The notes below the pieces were generated by a model that was given only the letters and a program-made list of their open reading frames with translations, made no database searches and was not told the origin of the DNA. From assembly GCA_036785375.1 (NCBI GenBank), contig JAWMAR010000030.1, positions 7,316,001-7,380,000 on the forward strand: a DNA stretch of 64,000 bases. The letters are read 5' to 3'. Position 1 is the stretch's first letter; each line of letters starts with the position of its first letter. Shown in pieces: positions 38,400-50,100 of the stretch. The position numbers were made by a program, and so were the translations under genes. The stretch comes from Leucoraja ocellata. Taxonomy: Eukaryota.

Positions 38400-38752
38400 A
38401 ATTGTAGGCTTTAACATCATTAAGCCTGTGGTCTCTAGTAAGAGGCCGACTTGGGAGCTCCATGCCGCGGAGAGAGTTTGAACAGCCCCGATGCAGGAGT
38501 TTCGATCACACCGGGAGCTTCGATCGTCGGCTCCAGGGGCTTTGATCTTCCCGACCGCAGAAGAACAAAGAGGAAGTAGATTGAACATGTATTGCCTTCC
38601 ATCACAGTGAGGAATGTGGAATTCATTGTGGTGGATGTTTATGTTAACTTTTATGTGATTGTGTGTCTTGTTGCTTTTCACTTAGTAGGGCAACCCAAAT
38701 ATCACTGTACCTTAATTGATACATGTGACAATAATCTGACCTTGACCTTGAA
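38400..38752 (+). mobile_element. GC-rich SINE-like element with LINE-derived tail (TGACCT)n
   Basis: CpG-rich body, gccttccatcacagtgaggaatgtg, catgtgacaataa and tgaccttgaccttga tail; related 3' ends at ~9708-9870 (-) and ~63028-63620 (-). Confidence 0.7.
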
Positions 38753-38894
38753 AGCAAAGCCACTAATGGTGGATTAACAAAGAATGGACTGGACACCATT
38801 TAGAGGGCCAGCAGGTTAACCTGATAAAGTTGTGGAAATCTTAAACATAACCCCTCGAAGGATATAAAAGCAAGGAAGAAAGACATCATTAGGA

Positions 38895-39220
38895 GACACC
38901 AAGAGACTGCAGATGCTAGAATATTGAGCAAAAACAGTGCGCTGGTTGAATTCAGGTTAGGCAGCATCTGAGAAAGGAAATTGACAGATGACATTTCAGG
39001 TCCCTTCTTCAGATTGATGGAGTAGGGGGGAAAAATATGGAAAAGAGATGTTGGGGTGGGGCAAAGGATAGATTAATACAGGCGAGGGGTGAGTGATTGG
39101 CAGATGGGTGTAGATACAGATAAAGGCAGAAGGCAAGGAGAAAAAAGCGGTCCGACAAGAAGAGTGAAAAGTAAAGCCAGAGGGAAGAGAATCCAGGTGG
39201 AAAGGGCACAGGAGAGGAGG
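38895..39220 (-). mobile_element. Degenerate Penelope-derived fragment
   Basis: gactgcagatgctagaat...gcagcatctg...cccttcttcagattgatgg followed by the purine-rich 3'-UTR region. Confidence 0.7.
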
Positions 39221-41458
39221 GATATGTTTAAAACAAACTTAGTCTTACTAGTAGCCAATGTATTTCAGTAGATATGGTGGGCATGGAGCAAAGAGGATAA
39301 TGCGAGACAGACTTTTAGATGAGTTTAAATCTATGGAAGTGGATAACGGGGTCAGCCAATAAAATACTAGAAAGGTTTATTCCAGAGAATCGAGAAAAAG
39401 GTGGAGATTTCAGCAGAACCGAGACAGGAATGGGCAGTTAACAATACAAGGGCAAAAAAACGTAGACATTGTGGTGGAGGCTAGTTCAAAAATACCCGAA
39501 ACCAGTTTGCAAATTTTATTAAAAACAAGGTAACCACGGTGAAACATTCCACGTGCGACTTGAAGAACTGTCTTAGACCCGAGTTTGGATTTCTTTATCT
39601 TTATTGCCAGAGTAGGAATAGATTGAATGTTTAATTTGCCTGATGTTAATTGACGAGTAACATTTACCTTGCAATATTAATGTGACAAAGAGTCTTGCAG
39701 GTTACAAAAAGTTGATTAGCGAGTAAAATGGTCGAGTATGTACTTAATACAGTAGTGTCTTGAATTGATTGCAAAGATTGATCTTAATGAAAATTCACAT
39801 ATAAATCAAGTACTAATGATTCATCAGTAGAATAATACAACTTCAGAGATAGTGAATGGAGTGAATTTCCCATCCATGAAAAACCCACGATCTGCAGTTG
39901 GAGTTACATTGAATTAAAATATCATTAGCTCAATATCATTTTATTTGAGTTCTCCGGTGTTTGATGACCAGCGTTTATAAAGAAGACATCCTCACTCAGT
40001 GAATAATGTTCAAGATATAATTACTGTGAGTTCATTGATTAAAAATTAATTCTTCATTCACTGGATAAAGAAGATGTGCAATGTGATGAAGACAAGGTAA
40101 TAGTTGGTTACTGGATAAGTTGATTAACAAATACAAATGCAGACATAAGAAACTAAAATAAAAACAGACGATGCAGAAAAGCATCAATAAAGCAAACACA
40201 TTAAAAACAGACCATCTGGCCATACCTCTCCTTCGTTATTTCCTGATTCTGTACCTCGTATCCGCTATGCTCCAAAATCCCAGTCTTAGACTCCCAAAGC
40301 GTCCAAAAATTTCCATCCCCAGTCTTGAATAGTTTCATTTCAGTCCTGAATTTCAAAGAGTCAAACCTATTTTTAAAATTAAGGCTATATGTTGTACAAG
40401 ATGCCCCTTTGCTTTGTCCTCGCTTACTTGAGGTTATACAAGTGAATCATCTAATTTATTCTGAACATAGCTATGGATGATTTACATGGAGTTACATGAA
40501 ATTGATAGATGAAGAACAGGCTATTTGACCCAAAGTTCATGCTCTATACATAAGCCTCCACCCGACACTCTTCAGTGCGTCCTTTCTATAGACCTATTTT
40601 TTTCTTCTTAATCATTTTGCCAAGAATGCAACTGTGTTATTTGCCAGAACCATTCTCTGTGGTCATGGATTCCACATTTCTCCCACATATTTGGGTGATA
40701 CAGACAAGAACAGATTAAATCAGCGGACCACAGCTGGGTAACGTCATGGCATTCACTGTCTGAACTCCTCCTTGAATAATGGGCCCTTTAAGTGATGAGC
40801 TATATACCACCAAGGAGTCAAGTACTACTTTATTTAAACAATTATATTTAAAGCTTAAGGACACCTGCCAAATTGTTACTTTGCCCCTGGAAGTGAATGT
40901 CTCAAATGAATATTATGTAAGAAGAACTTTGAAAAGGATCAAAGGAATTTTTTTCGCTCTGTGGTTTGATTGTGATTTGACCTTGCATCAAGACCCAAAA
41001 ACTTCCTGCAGCTTTGATCACAGAATAGTCAGAATCATGACAGAAGCTCTTTCAAACCAGACACAGAATGTGGTTTGTGACTGTGCCAAATGGAAGCTAA
41101 ACTCAGCCAGCATATCGAGTGAGAAGCTGAGTCAACAGAATAGAATCCACATTTAATTGCTAATGATGTACTTAAAAGAGTTGAATTTGTCATCATAGCG
41201 TTGTCAGGTGATACCAATAAAAAACAAACACGTGATTTAGTGTCAGGAATGGCTTTAATACAGTTGTTGAAGTTATATATTCCAACTCTGAGTTATGGCT
41301 AAGTACAAATTAATTCAAAACGGGTTAGAACTAGAGAAGCATTATAAACTTCAGCTCCCAACTTGACAGTGCCAATGCAGTCAGAGCAATTTAAAAACAT
41401 TATCCTAAAATTACAGTTTGTAACACAAATTTAAATAGATTAACATCTTGTAAAAGTG

Positions 41459-41596
41459 GGGTGGGAGATTACAACCTACATGTGGTCCACCCTGTTTCGA
41501 CTATCAACCCAAATGCAATCAACCCGACATGCACAAACAAATAGATAAAATAGAATAAGTTGACCCACAACTTTAGGTTGTGCACGCCTTCGCAAG
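41459..41596 (+). mobile_element. Second copy of the ~140-bp short retroposon, 14-bp TSD
   Basis: TSD atcttgtaaaagtg at 41445-41458 and 41597-41610. Confidence 0.82.
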
Positions 41597-42194
41597 ATCT
41601 TGTAAAAGTGCAGAGGCAGACTATAAAAGGGAACACAAACTTTGCACATTATTATTCAAAATCTTTTATGAGCTATAACTAAGTTTATCACAGCTGTAGA
41701 AATATATGTGTATATAGTTAAAATATTTATATTTATTAATAAATCAGTCCCAAATAAATCAATGTTAAGACGCCTAGGTTTCAGTTACTCAAGCACTTTG
41801 TGTCGTTTTCTGTAAACCAGTATCAGTAGTTCCTTGTTTCCACACTGAGAAGCACAGGTATAAAATGTACTCTAGTTGGGAGAGGTTTCCAAGCTCATCT
41901 CTAATTGTAACCCAGTAACAGCACTGATTACAAGCTGAAAGCCAGGGATGCCATGCTTTATTTAAAGCTCAGCAGAAGATGAAGAGTGTATGGTCGAAAA
42001 ACCTGAAAGCTAGAAATCAGAATTAAAACTTGAAAAGGATGAAAATAATCAACTGAAATTCTGTAAATGAAATGACAGGAGTAGTCAGAAACAGTGTGTC
42101 TGCTAGGGCAGTTCTGTTTATGGATTTTGAAAAGGTATTTCAGTGGGACAGGGTATGAAGAAGGGTCTTGACCTGAAACATCATCCATTAGGTT

Positions 42195-42960
42195 GTGTGA
42201 TAGGAGCAGAATTAGGCCAATCAGCCCATCAAGTCTACTCCGCCATTCAATCATGGCTGATCTATCTCTTCCTCCTAACCCCATTCTCCTGCCTTCATCC
42301 CATAGCCCTTGACACTCGTAATCAAGAATCTATCTATCTCTGCCTTAAAAATATCCATTGACTTGGCCTCCACAACCTTCTGGCAAAGAATTCCACAAAT
42401 TCACCACCATCTGACTAAAGAAATTCAGTTCAATTTAGTTTATTGCCACGTGAAATGCTTTTTGTTGCGTGCTAACCAGTCAGTAGAAAGACAATACATA
42501 GAAAATAGGTGCAGGAGTAGGCCATTCGGCCCTTCGAGACTGCACCGCCATTCAATATGATCATGGCTGATCATCCAACTCAGTTTCCTGTACCTGCATT
42601 CTCTCCATACACACCCACCCATCCCTTTAGCCACAAGGGCCACATCTAACTCCCTCTTAAATATAGCGAATGAACTGGCCTCATTGGCTATATTTAAGAG
42701 GGAGTTAGATGTGGCCCTTGGGATTACAATCAGTCCATTTACAGTGCACAGATACATGATAAGGGAATCTCCTCTTCTCTTTCCTAAAGCAACGTCCTTT
42801 AATTTTGAGGCTATGACATGACCTCTGGTTCTAGAGTAGACTCTCCCACTAGTGGAAACATCCTCTCCACGTCCACTCTTATCACTGGTCCTAGAGTAGA
42901 CTCTCCCACTAGTGGAAACATCCTTTCCACGTCCACGTCCACGTCCACTCTTATCACTGA
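42195..42960 (-). mobile_element. Triple-nested LINE fragments (CR1 > Rex1/L2-type tail > young HER1-like CR1 with 5' inversion) plus a 60-bp tandem duplication
   Basis: Outer CR1 ~42195-42422 resuming ~42767; middle element ~42423-42497 resuming ~42722; inner copy ~42497-42720; tandem units 42825-42884 and 42885-42957. Confidence 0.75.
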
Positions 42961-43067
42961 CTATTCGCCATTCCTATTTATGGCGAATTCGCCATTTCAC
43001 TGTGCATCCATTCATTCAAGAGATGCCGCTGATTTATTCCAGCACCTTGTGTCTCTGTCTCCATCGC

Positions 43068-43100
43068 TGTTGTAGTTGTAGTTGTAGTTGTTGTTGTTGT
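43068..43100 (+). repeat. (GTT/GTA)n microsatellite at the 5' edge of the CpG island
   Basis: gttgtagttgtagttgtagttgttgttgttgt. Confidence 0.9.
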
Positions 43101-43500
43101 GCGGCGGCGTTGTCCCCCTCGCATGGCTGCGACCGCCTCTCCCTCCCTCACGACGGTCCGCGCCGTCCGTCCGTCCGCGCCAAAGTTCTGTCCGCTCGCG
43201 AGAGGCGGGCGCCGCGCTGCGGGCCAACGGCCGCCACGTCTCGCGATGCTTTCCCCGCCGGTCCTGGCCATCGCATTCGCACAGTCGCTGCGGGCGGACG
43301 AACCGACCGGCGGAGCGCGTCCATCTTAACAGGTGAATACATACCTCAACGATCCGCTCGGTGACGGCGTGGTTCAGTATTCAGTGGCGTCAGGTGTCCG
43401 GAGACCCCGAGTGCCGCAGCGCCGGGGGCGGGGACCAGACGGACTGTCAAAGGCTGCGATCTGTGGGGACGGCAGGTATTGACCCTTGACCTGGCCGGAG
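43100..43500 (+). promoter_or_regulatory. CpG-island promoter / first non-coding exon (donor at 43332/3), probably of USP54
   Basis: The only strong CpG island in the window. Donor CAG|GTGAAT; CGCG (BANP-type TCTCGCGA) motifs at 43194-43203 and 43239-43248. Identity is inferred only from the known vertebrate same-strand order SYNPO2L-MYOZ1-USP54. Confidence 0.7.
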
Positions 43501-43963
43501 GAGGCAGTGGGCAGCAACAAACACCTCCCACCCTCAGCTACTCCTCTCTCAGCACCCTCTATCCGTCCCCAATCTTGCACCCACCCTACCCGTACAAACT
43601 CTACTACCCTCAGCCACCTTCCCACCCTCTCAATCCCCCTCGTATCCCATCAAATTCTCCCAAACCTTATCCGCCCGAAACGTTACATATCTCCTTCGCT
43701 CCATAGATGCTGCTGCACCCGCTGAGTTTCTCCAGCATTTTTGTGTACCCCCAAATCTCTCCATCTCCCTAACTCGGTCATCCTTCCCAACTGCTTCCCA
43801 CTTTTCCCATTCCCCTTCCCACTTACTGCCCAATGTTTCTCCCTCCACCTCTCATTCCCTTGTACCAGTTTCCCCCTTCTCCTCCTCTGTTCTTTCCATC
43901 CCATCCACCCACTGCCCCTGCCCCAGCCCCATCTGACCCTCACTTGGTCAGTATCCAACCTTC

Positions 43964-43994
<31 letters not shown>

Positions 43995-44598
43995 GCATCA
44001 TCACTCTGTTCCACTCCCCTCTCCATGCCCCCACTTCTTTACCCACAAATTGTATAGGTCTTTTGCTGCACTTGCAACCCCGACCCATTCCTCCCCAGCC
44101 CCTGCCGGCTCTCTGACCCCTTCCCCACCCCACCCTCTTCTGCCGAACCGACCCCTTCGTTCCCCCCCCCACTTGCCCGACCAACCCATTCAACATCTCT
44201 GCCCATCCAACTGATCCTTTCGTCTGTCCCCCGATTGACTGACCCCTTTCTTCCCCGTCTGCCCCCTGAACTCTTCCCCCCTCCTTGCTGGCCCCCTGAC
44301 CCCTTCCTGCCCAAGCCTGCCTCGATCATTTTCTCTCCCACCCCCTGGATCCTGACCCCTTCCTCCCCTCACACATCACCTGCGTCCCATGCCCGCCTGA
44401 CCCCTCCCAACCACGCATACCTGGCTCCACTGACTGCTCCATCCTCCCTGCCATCCTCTGCCCAGCTTGATCCCACATCCGCATCCAAACAGGTATATTG
44501 CTAGAAAAGATTTAAGGGTATATAGGTAAAATGCAGCATATGGGATAGTGTGGATGGGTATCAGACAGCATGGACAAATTGAGTGGAACTGCCTGTTT

Positions 44599-45190
44599 GA
44601 ATGAATGAATGAATCTCTTTATTGTCATTGCACATGGTACAACGAAATTTAAAAGTCAATCCCACGGTGCGATTCACAAGAGCAATTTTAAATATATAAG
44701 AAAAGGTAAAAATATATACATATTTTTAAAAAAAATTACAGATAAATAACAATAGCAGCTGAGGTAGAACCATTCAGTTGAATGAGTGTTATTTCTTATT
44801 TTGCATTGTTAAGTTCACGTATGGCTATGGGATAGAAGCTATCTCTGAGTCTGTTTGTGCGAGTTTTGAAAGACCTGTACCGTCTGCCAGAGGGCAGCAG
44901 GTGGAACAGGTTGTGTCCAGGGTGGGAAGGGTCCTTTAGGATGTTGGCTGCCCTGCCCTGCCAAGGCAGCGAGAGCTGAAGATGTCCTTCAGGGAAGGCA
45001 GTGGGCAGCCAGTGATTTTTTGTGCGGTGTTGATGACCCTTTGAAGGGCTCTCCTGTCCGCTGCAGAGCAGCTGGCATACCATGTGGTTATACAGTACGC
45101 CAGCACACTCTCAATGCCGCAGCGGTAGAAGGACACCAGCAGCTTCTCCTCCAGGTTGTTTTTCCTGAGGATCCTCAGAAAGTAGACTCT
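44599..45190 (-). mobile_element. Rex1/Babar-type LINE 3' fragment with (TTCA)n tail
   Basis: RVYFLRILRKNNL..SFYRCGIESVLAYCITTWY..LQRVINTAQKITG and ILKDPSHPGHNLFHLLPSGRRYRS..TNRLRDSFYP. Confidence 0.93.
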
Positions 45191-46024
45191 ACTCCATCCA
45201 GCCCATTCCTCCCCAAGCTCCACCTCTTCATAGTCGTGTGATTCGCAGAAAGTATTACATTGTTTTGACAGTTTTTCTTCTTTAGTACTTGAATGTTCAT
45301 GTTTGATTTGGTCCATACAAAAGGAAGAGACAAACACAAGTAATAAGCTGATCATGAAGTTATGAGGAGGGGAGGATGCACAGGCAAATGATATTTACAA
45401 AGGGGCTAATTTTTTATTGCTGAGTACAAATGATTAGAGATCTGCTGCTAATGTTTAAGTGGTTTTCTAGGCTTCTCTGAGGCAATCTTAATGCTTAAAT
45501 TTATGGTGCTGACTTTCAACAGTACAGCATTTCCAAGCTATATCTCCCCAGATGAAGATTTTAATTGTGGATATTGGGCTGAATGTGACATGAAGCTTTC
45601 ACCAAATATCAAAAGTGGTGTTGAAGAGTTCGCAGAGAGTATTGGCTTTATTTTTTACTGTTTGAAATTGAATGCCATATCGTTTGTAATTAATGTATTA
45701 CAGTAATTAATTGGATACCAGTGGTAATCTAGACTTTTTTTTAACCCTGTTGACCTGCCTTTAATTTTCTCTCTGGCTCCAAAATTTCAGTCCCTTAATT
45801 CCTAACCACAAATTAAAACACAAATTAAATTGTGTTTTGAACTATTTCTCTCTTCTCTCATTCCAAACTCTTGTATTTCATTCTTTCTAATCTGCTCATG
45901 TACTTTTCTGCTGTAGCCCTGAACGTAACCACCTTTAAATGGAAACCAATTCAATACTCAAACCCCTACCTTACTGTAAAATACTTAAGTTCTCCATTGA
46001 CTCATTCACACCAGCAATCAGTTC

Positions 46025-46190
46025 TGGGATAGGCAGCATCTCTGGAGAGAAGGAATGGGTGACATTTTGGGTCGAGCCCTTTTTTTAGACCCATTCCTTC
46101 TCTCCAGAGATGCTGCCTGTCCTGCTGAGTTACTCCAGCATGTTGTGTCTATCTTTGATTTAAACCAGCATCTGCAGTTCTTTACTACAC
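46025..46190. mobile_element. Penelope-derived fold-back element
   Basis: Inverted arms ggcagcatctctggagagaaggaatggg / cccattccttctctccagagatgctgcc; 8-bp TSD atcagttc at 46017-46024 and 46191-46198. Confidence 0.8.
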
Positions 46191-46589
46191 ATCAGTTCCT
46201 ACTTATTCCCTGCCTTACAGGAATTTGGGATATACAAAGCAATTTTGGTTCAAGACTGGCTCAAATACTAGACTGACACAGTATTTAACAGTATTTAATT
46301 ATACTCTTTTCCATCCTTTCATCTTCACGTGGTCTATTTCTGACTCTTCCATTCTTAAACCTTCAATTTCTGGGGAGAGGTTATTACTAATTATTGTTAG
46401 TCAATTGACTCCACAGCTTGACTGTTTTGATGGCTCTACTCCATATGTTGTTTTCCTATCTTTTTCACGTTTGTTTTTGGAATTCACTCTTCCACCAGAC
46501 CTTCCAAAATGCATTTCTTGTCTTCATCGAAGGACTCCACCCCATTGCGCTTGATGAGGTTTCCAAAAATCTATGAAATGTCTGTTCCA

Positions 46590-47130
46590 TTTCACGTATT
46601 TGACTGATGAAGATAAGGCAATGGATGTTGTATACATGGATTTTAGTATGGCTTTTGATAAAGTCCCTCATGGTCGGTTGATCCAGATGATTAAGATGCA
46701 CGGTATTCATGTTGACTTAGTCATATAGATTCAGAACTGGCATATTCATAAAAGTCAGAGGGTTGTGGTGATAGAAAATATTGTACCTCTATTTAAGAAG
46801 GGCTGCAAGGAGCCTGGGAACTATAGGCCAGTGAGTATAACATCTGTGGTCAGAAAGTTACTGGATAATATTCTGAGGGATAAATATATATGTGTTTAAT
46901 AGACAAGGGCTGATTAAGGATTGTGAGCACGGTTTTGTACGTGTGATCGTGTCTCTCAAATCTGATGGAGTCTTTTTAAGATGACCAAAAGGGCCGATGA
47001 GGGCGCGTACATGGACGGGATAGGTTTGGCAGGATACGGGCCAAGTGCAGGCAGGTGTGACTCGTGTAGATGGTTGGTCGGCATGGCAAGTTGTGTTGAA
47101 GGGCCCGTTTCCAAACTGCAGAACTCTATA
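46590..47130 (+). mobile_element. Rearranged CR1 RT fragments and tail
   Basis: DVVYMDFSMAFDKVPHGRL and PLFKKG..PGNYRPVS remnants in swapped order, then a CR1/SINE-type tail. Confidence 0.8.
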
Positions 47131-50100
47131 ACTAATTACTTTGCGTGAACCGTGTTTTGTATATTGCCAGCAAGAAATCTGCTATCCCTGAGGGTGTGAG
47201 CAGGTGGTAATCTTGTTTTAAAGTCAAACCTGAAACCAAAACAGCAAGGTTGTAAAGTTGCACCATGACACCAACAGGCAAAGTATGTATAATTAAAAAT
47301 TGACGCATTTTGGCTCTTTGGTGAGCTGTTATAATTTACCAGAAAAATGTTCGAAAATAATGAAATTTAAAAAGGGGTGCCTGCCGTTAATGGCTATTTC
47401 ATCAACTTAAACATTTCAAACAGTTTTAAATATGGTTTTGGAATGTGGACACTATTACATATAACTAATATGTGATATGTGAAGATGGCAATAAATGTAG
47501 CTGTAAATGTTAATTGACCGAAATTCAAAGTCTCAAGACGGGCATATTAGGCTGCCAGTAAACATGAAGTTGACCAGAGAGTATTAGAAACAAGGAACTG
47601 CAAATGCTGGTTTATATTTAAAAAAAAGACAGACACAAATACCTGAAATGTCACCTATTCATATCTCCAGAGATGCTATCTGACCTGCTGAGTTACTCCA
47701 GCACTTTGTGTCCCAAGAGTTTATGCTCTCTGCCTTAAACTTACAAAGCGTTACATCAAAGAGTTGGCTGTAACGAGTTGTTCTGCTGTAATATTTTTCT
47801 GAAGTTCAACTGGTTTGAAATCAGTTTCAATTTAAATATTATTTATTTGATTATCTTAATTCCTGCATTTGAACCACACCTCCCATTAAATAAAATTTTG
47901 TTTGTTTGGAAAGTACTGAATTTCCTGAAATATGAAATGGAGTTATTGAAATAATTTTATTCATGAGTGAAACTGCATTTAACTTAAACCTGGACAAATT
48001 CTATGGTATTATTTGATGCATTTGTGCTTATCAATGTAAACATAAGCATGTTGCCATTTGTCAGTCATTGTCCACAAATAATCCATCTTTGTTCTTCTAT
48101 GTGATGGTCACAGATTTATGAGAAGCATTTGATGTAATTTTGGCAAGTTGTTACAATATACTTCTTATTCAAGGTACACATTAGCAATGGCGTAGTGAAC
48201 ATTTAGGATAGACGGTTTGTTGCCAATCAATGGGATTGCTCTGACCTGGATGGGTGTGAACGTGTTATTGGTTGAGGGATATGCAAAATACTGCTAATGG
48301 GTCAAATGTGCAATATGCACAGAAAATGCAGAAAACAGTAAGTCAGGCAGAATCTGTTGAGAGCAAAAGCATTAATTAGTATTGACAGACGTCAGCACTT
48401 TATCTGTCCATTTTGACTGACTGGTCTATTCAGTATTTCAAACAATTTTAGTCTGCAGATGAATATATGCTCAGTGATACAAACAGTAAGTTTCAAAAGT
48501 AAACAAACCTCATAGAATATTGAATTCAATATAAGCCAGAGGAAATTTGCAATCTATAAATGCTATTCTGATCAGTCCAGAAACTCTGAAGCTGTGTCTA
48601 CTTCTGGTTAGGAAGAAACAAGACAGACAGAAAATGTAGTGCAGAGATGAACCAGAAGGCTGATTGGGGAGTATAAACAACAGCTTGTATTTATATGGTA
48701 CCTTTCGCATTACAAAACATCTCAAGGTACTTCACAGGAATGTAACAGAACAAACAAAGACACTGAGCCAAACAAAAAGTAAAGCAAAGTTTTGACAAGG
48801 GGTATGAAAGGAAGTGATGCAGAAAGTTTAATGGAAATAATTCAAAAACTAAGAGTCCAGACAACTGAGGAAACGATAACTGTGAAGAGGAAAGAGGATG
48901 AATAAAAGTCGGAGGAAATCATGCAATTTGTTCTTTACAACTACAGGAAGCCAAAGATAAGGGGGCTGAAATCATGGAGATATTTTAACATGAAGAAGGG
49001 TTTTATTTAGAATTCAGGCATTGATTGGCAAGAAAACCATTTGTGGTGTGTTCTTGTTTATTGAATTAGATTGAAATTGAGTTGCTATTCACTTGCCATT
49101 CAGGCAAAAGCTTTGAAATAGTTCTGACAAACTGAAAGGGCTTGAATTTCACAGGCTGGAAAAGAGAAATTAGCTTACATTTAAGATGATGCTGTGGAAA
49201 TTGTTGATTTGAAGTGAAACATTGGGAATTGGTCCATATTAGTTGCTTCATCTTGCCAACACATTTATAGAAATTTTAGAATTTGGCAATTGTAACCTGT
49301 CATTTTTGTGTCTGTATGGATAAGTCATATATATCCATTGCATACCACATAGAGGATGTAGATAATTGTTTTCTAATTTTCCATGTTCGATTCCGAAAAT
49401 TTCCCTTCTGATGCAAATTTCAAAACAACAGCTCTGTGAAGAGTGATTGTTGAGTTTTGTATTTGATTGTTAATTGAAAAAGATTCGATACAACAGTTCC
49501 GCCATGGTGAATTTTCAATAATTTTTATAGTGGGTTCCGCACTAAAATTGGAGGCAAGTTAATTAAATCAACTCGCTGCCAATTTTCTATTTACCTTCTC
49601 TGCTGGATCTCCTCATTGAGCTTCTCTCCTCTCGTACTGCAACTTGATAACAATTATTTATGTTGGCATTTGACGGACAATTTGAGTCATGTTGTGTGGC
49701 AACAGCGCTAACTGCAGCGTGTTGGTGCAACCGTAGTGCTGTTACCACACATTGCCAGTGACTTGGGTTCGATTCTGACCTTGGGTCAACTTGGAGTTTG
49801 CACCTGTTTCCTGGGAGCTCTGGGTTCCTCTGACAAGTTAATGGGGTACAGTAAATTATCTCTAGTTAGCTGAATGGGAGCAACATTTTCACGTATCATG
49901 CTCCTGTCATCTTAATTTGCTCAAGATTGTTCTGTTACATAATATAGAAAACATGTAGAATGTTTTACTATAAAGCCAAAATAATTGAAGTGGCAACCAA
50001 TGAAGAACTATTTAACTATTTTATCATTATTAAATCAAAACTATTTGAAATACTAGTAAGAATTTAGTTTATGCATGTAACTTCTCAACCAACTATTAGG

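Noticed and set aside
42912-44504. Many Arg/Pro/Gly-rich ORFs around the CpG island
   Set aside because: Expected from GC-rich and C-run sequence; no protein similarity recognised.
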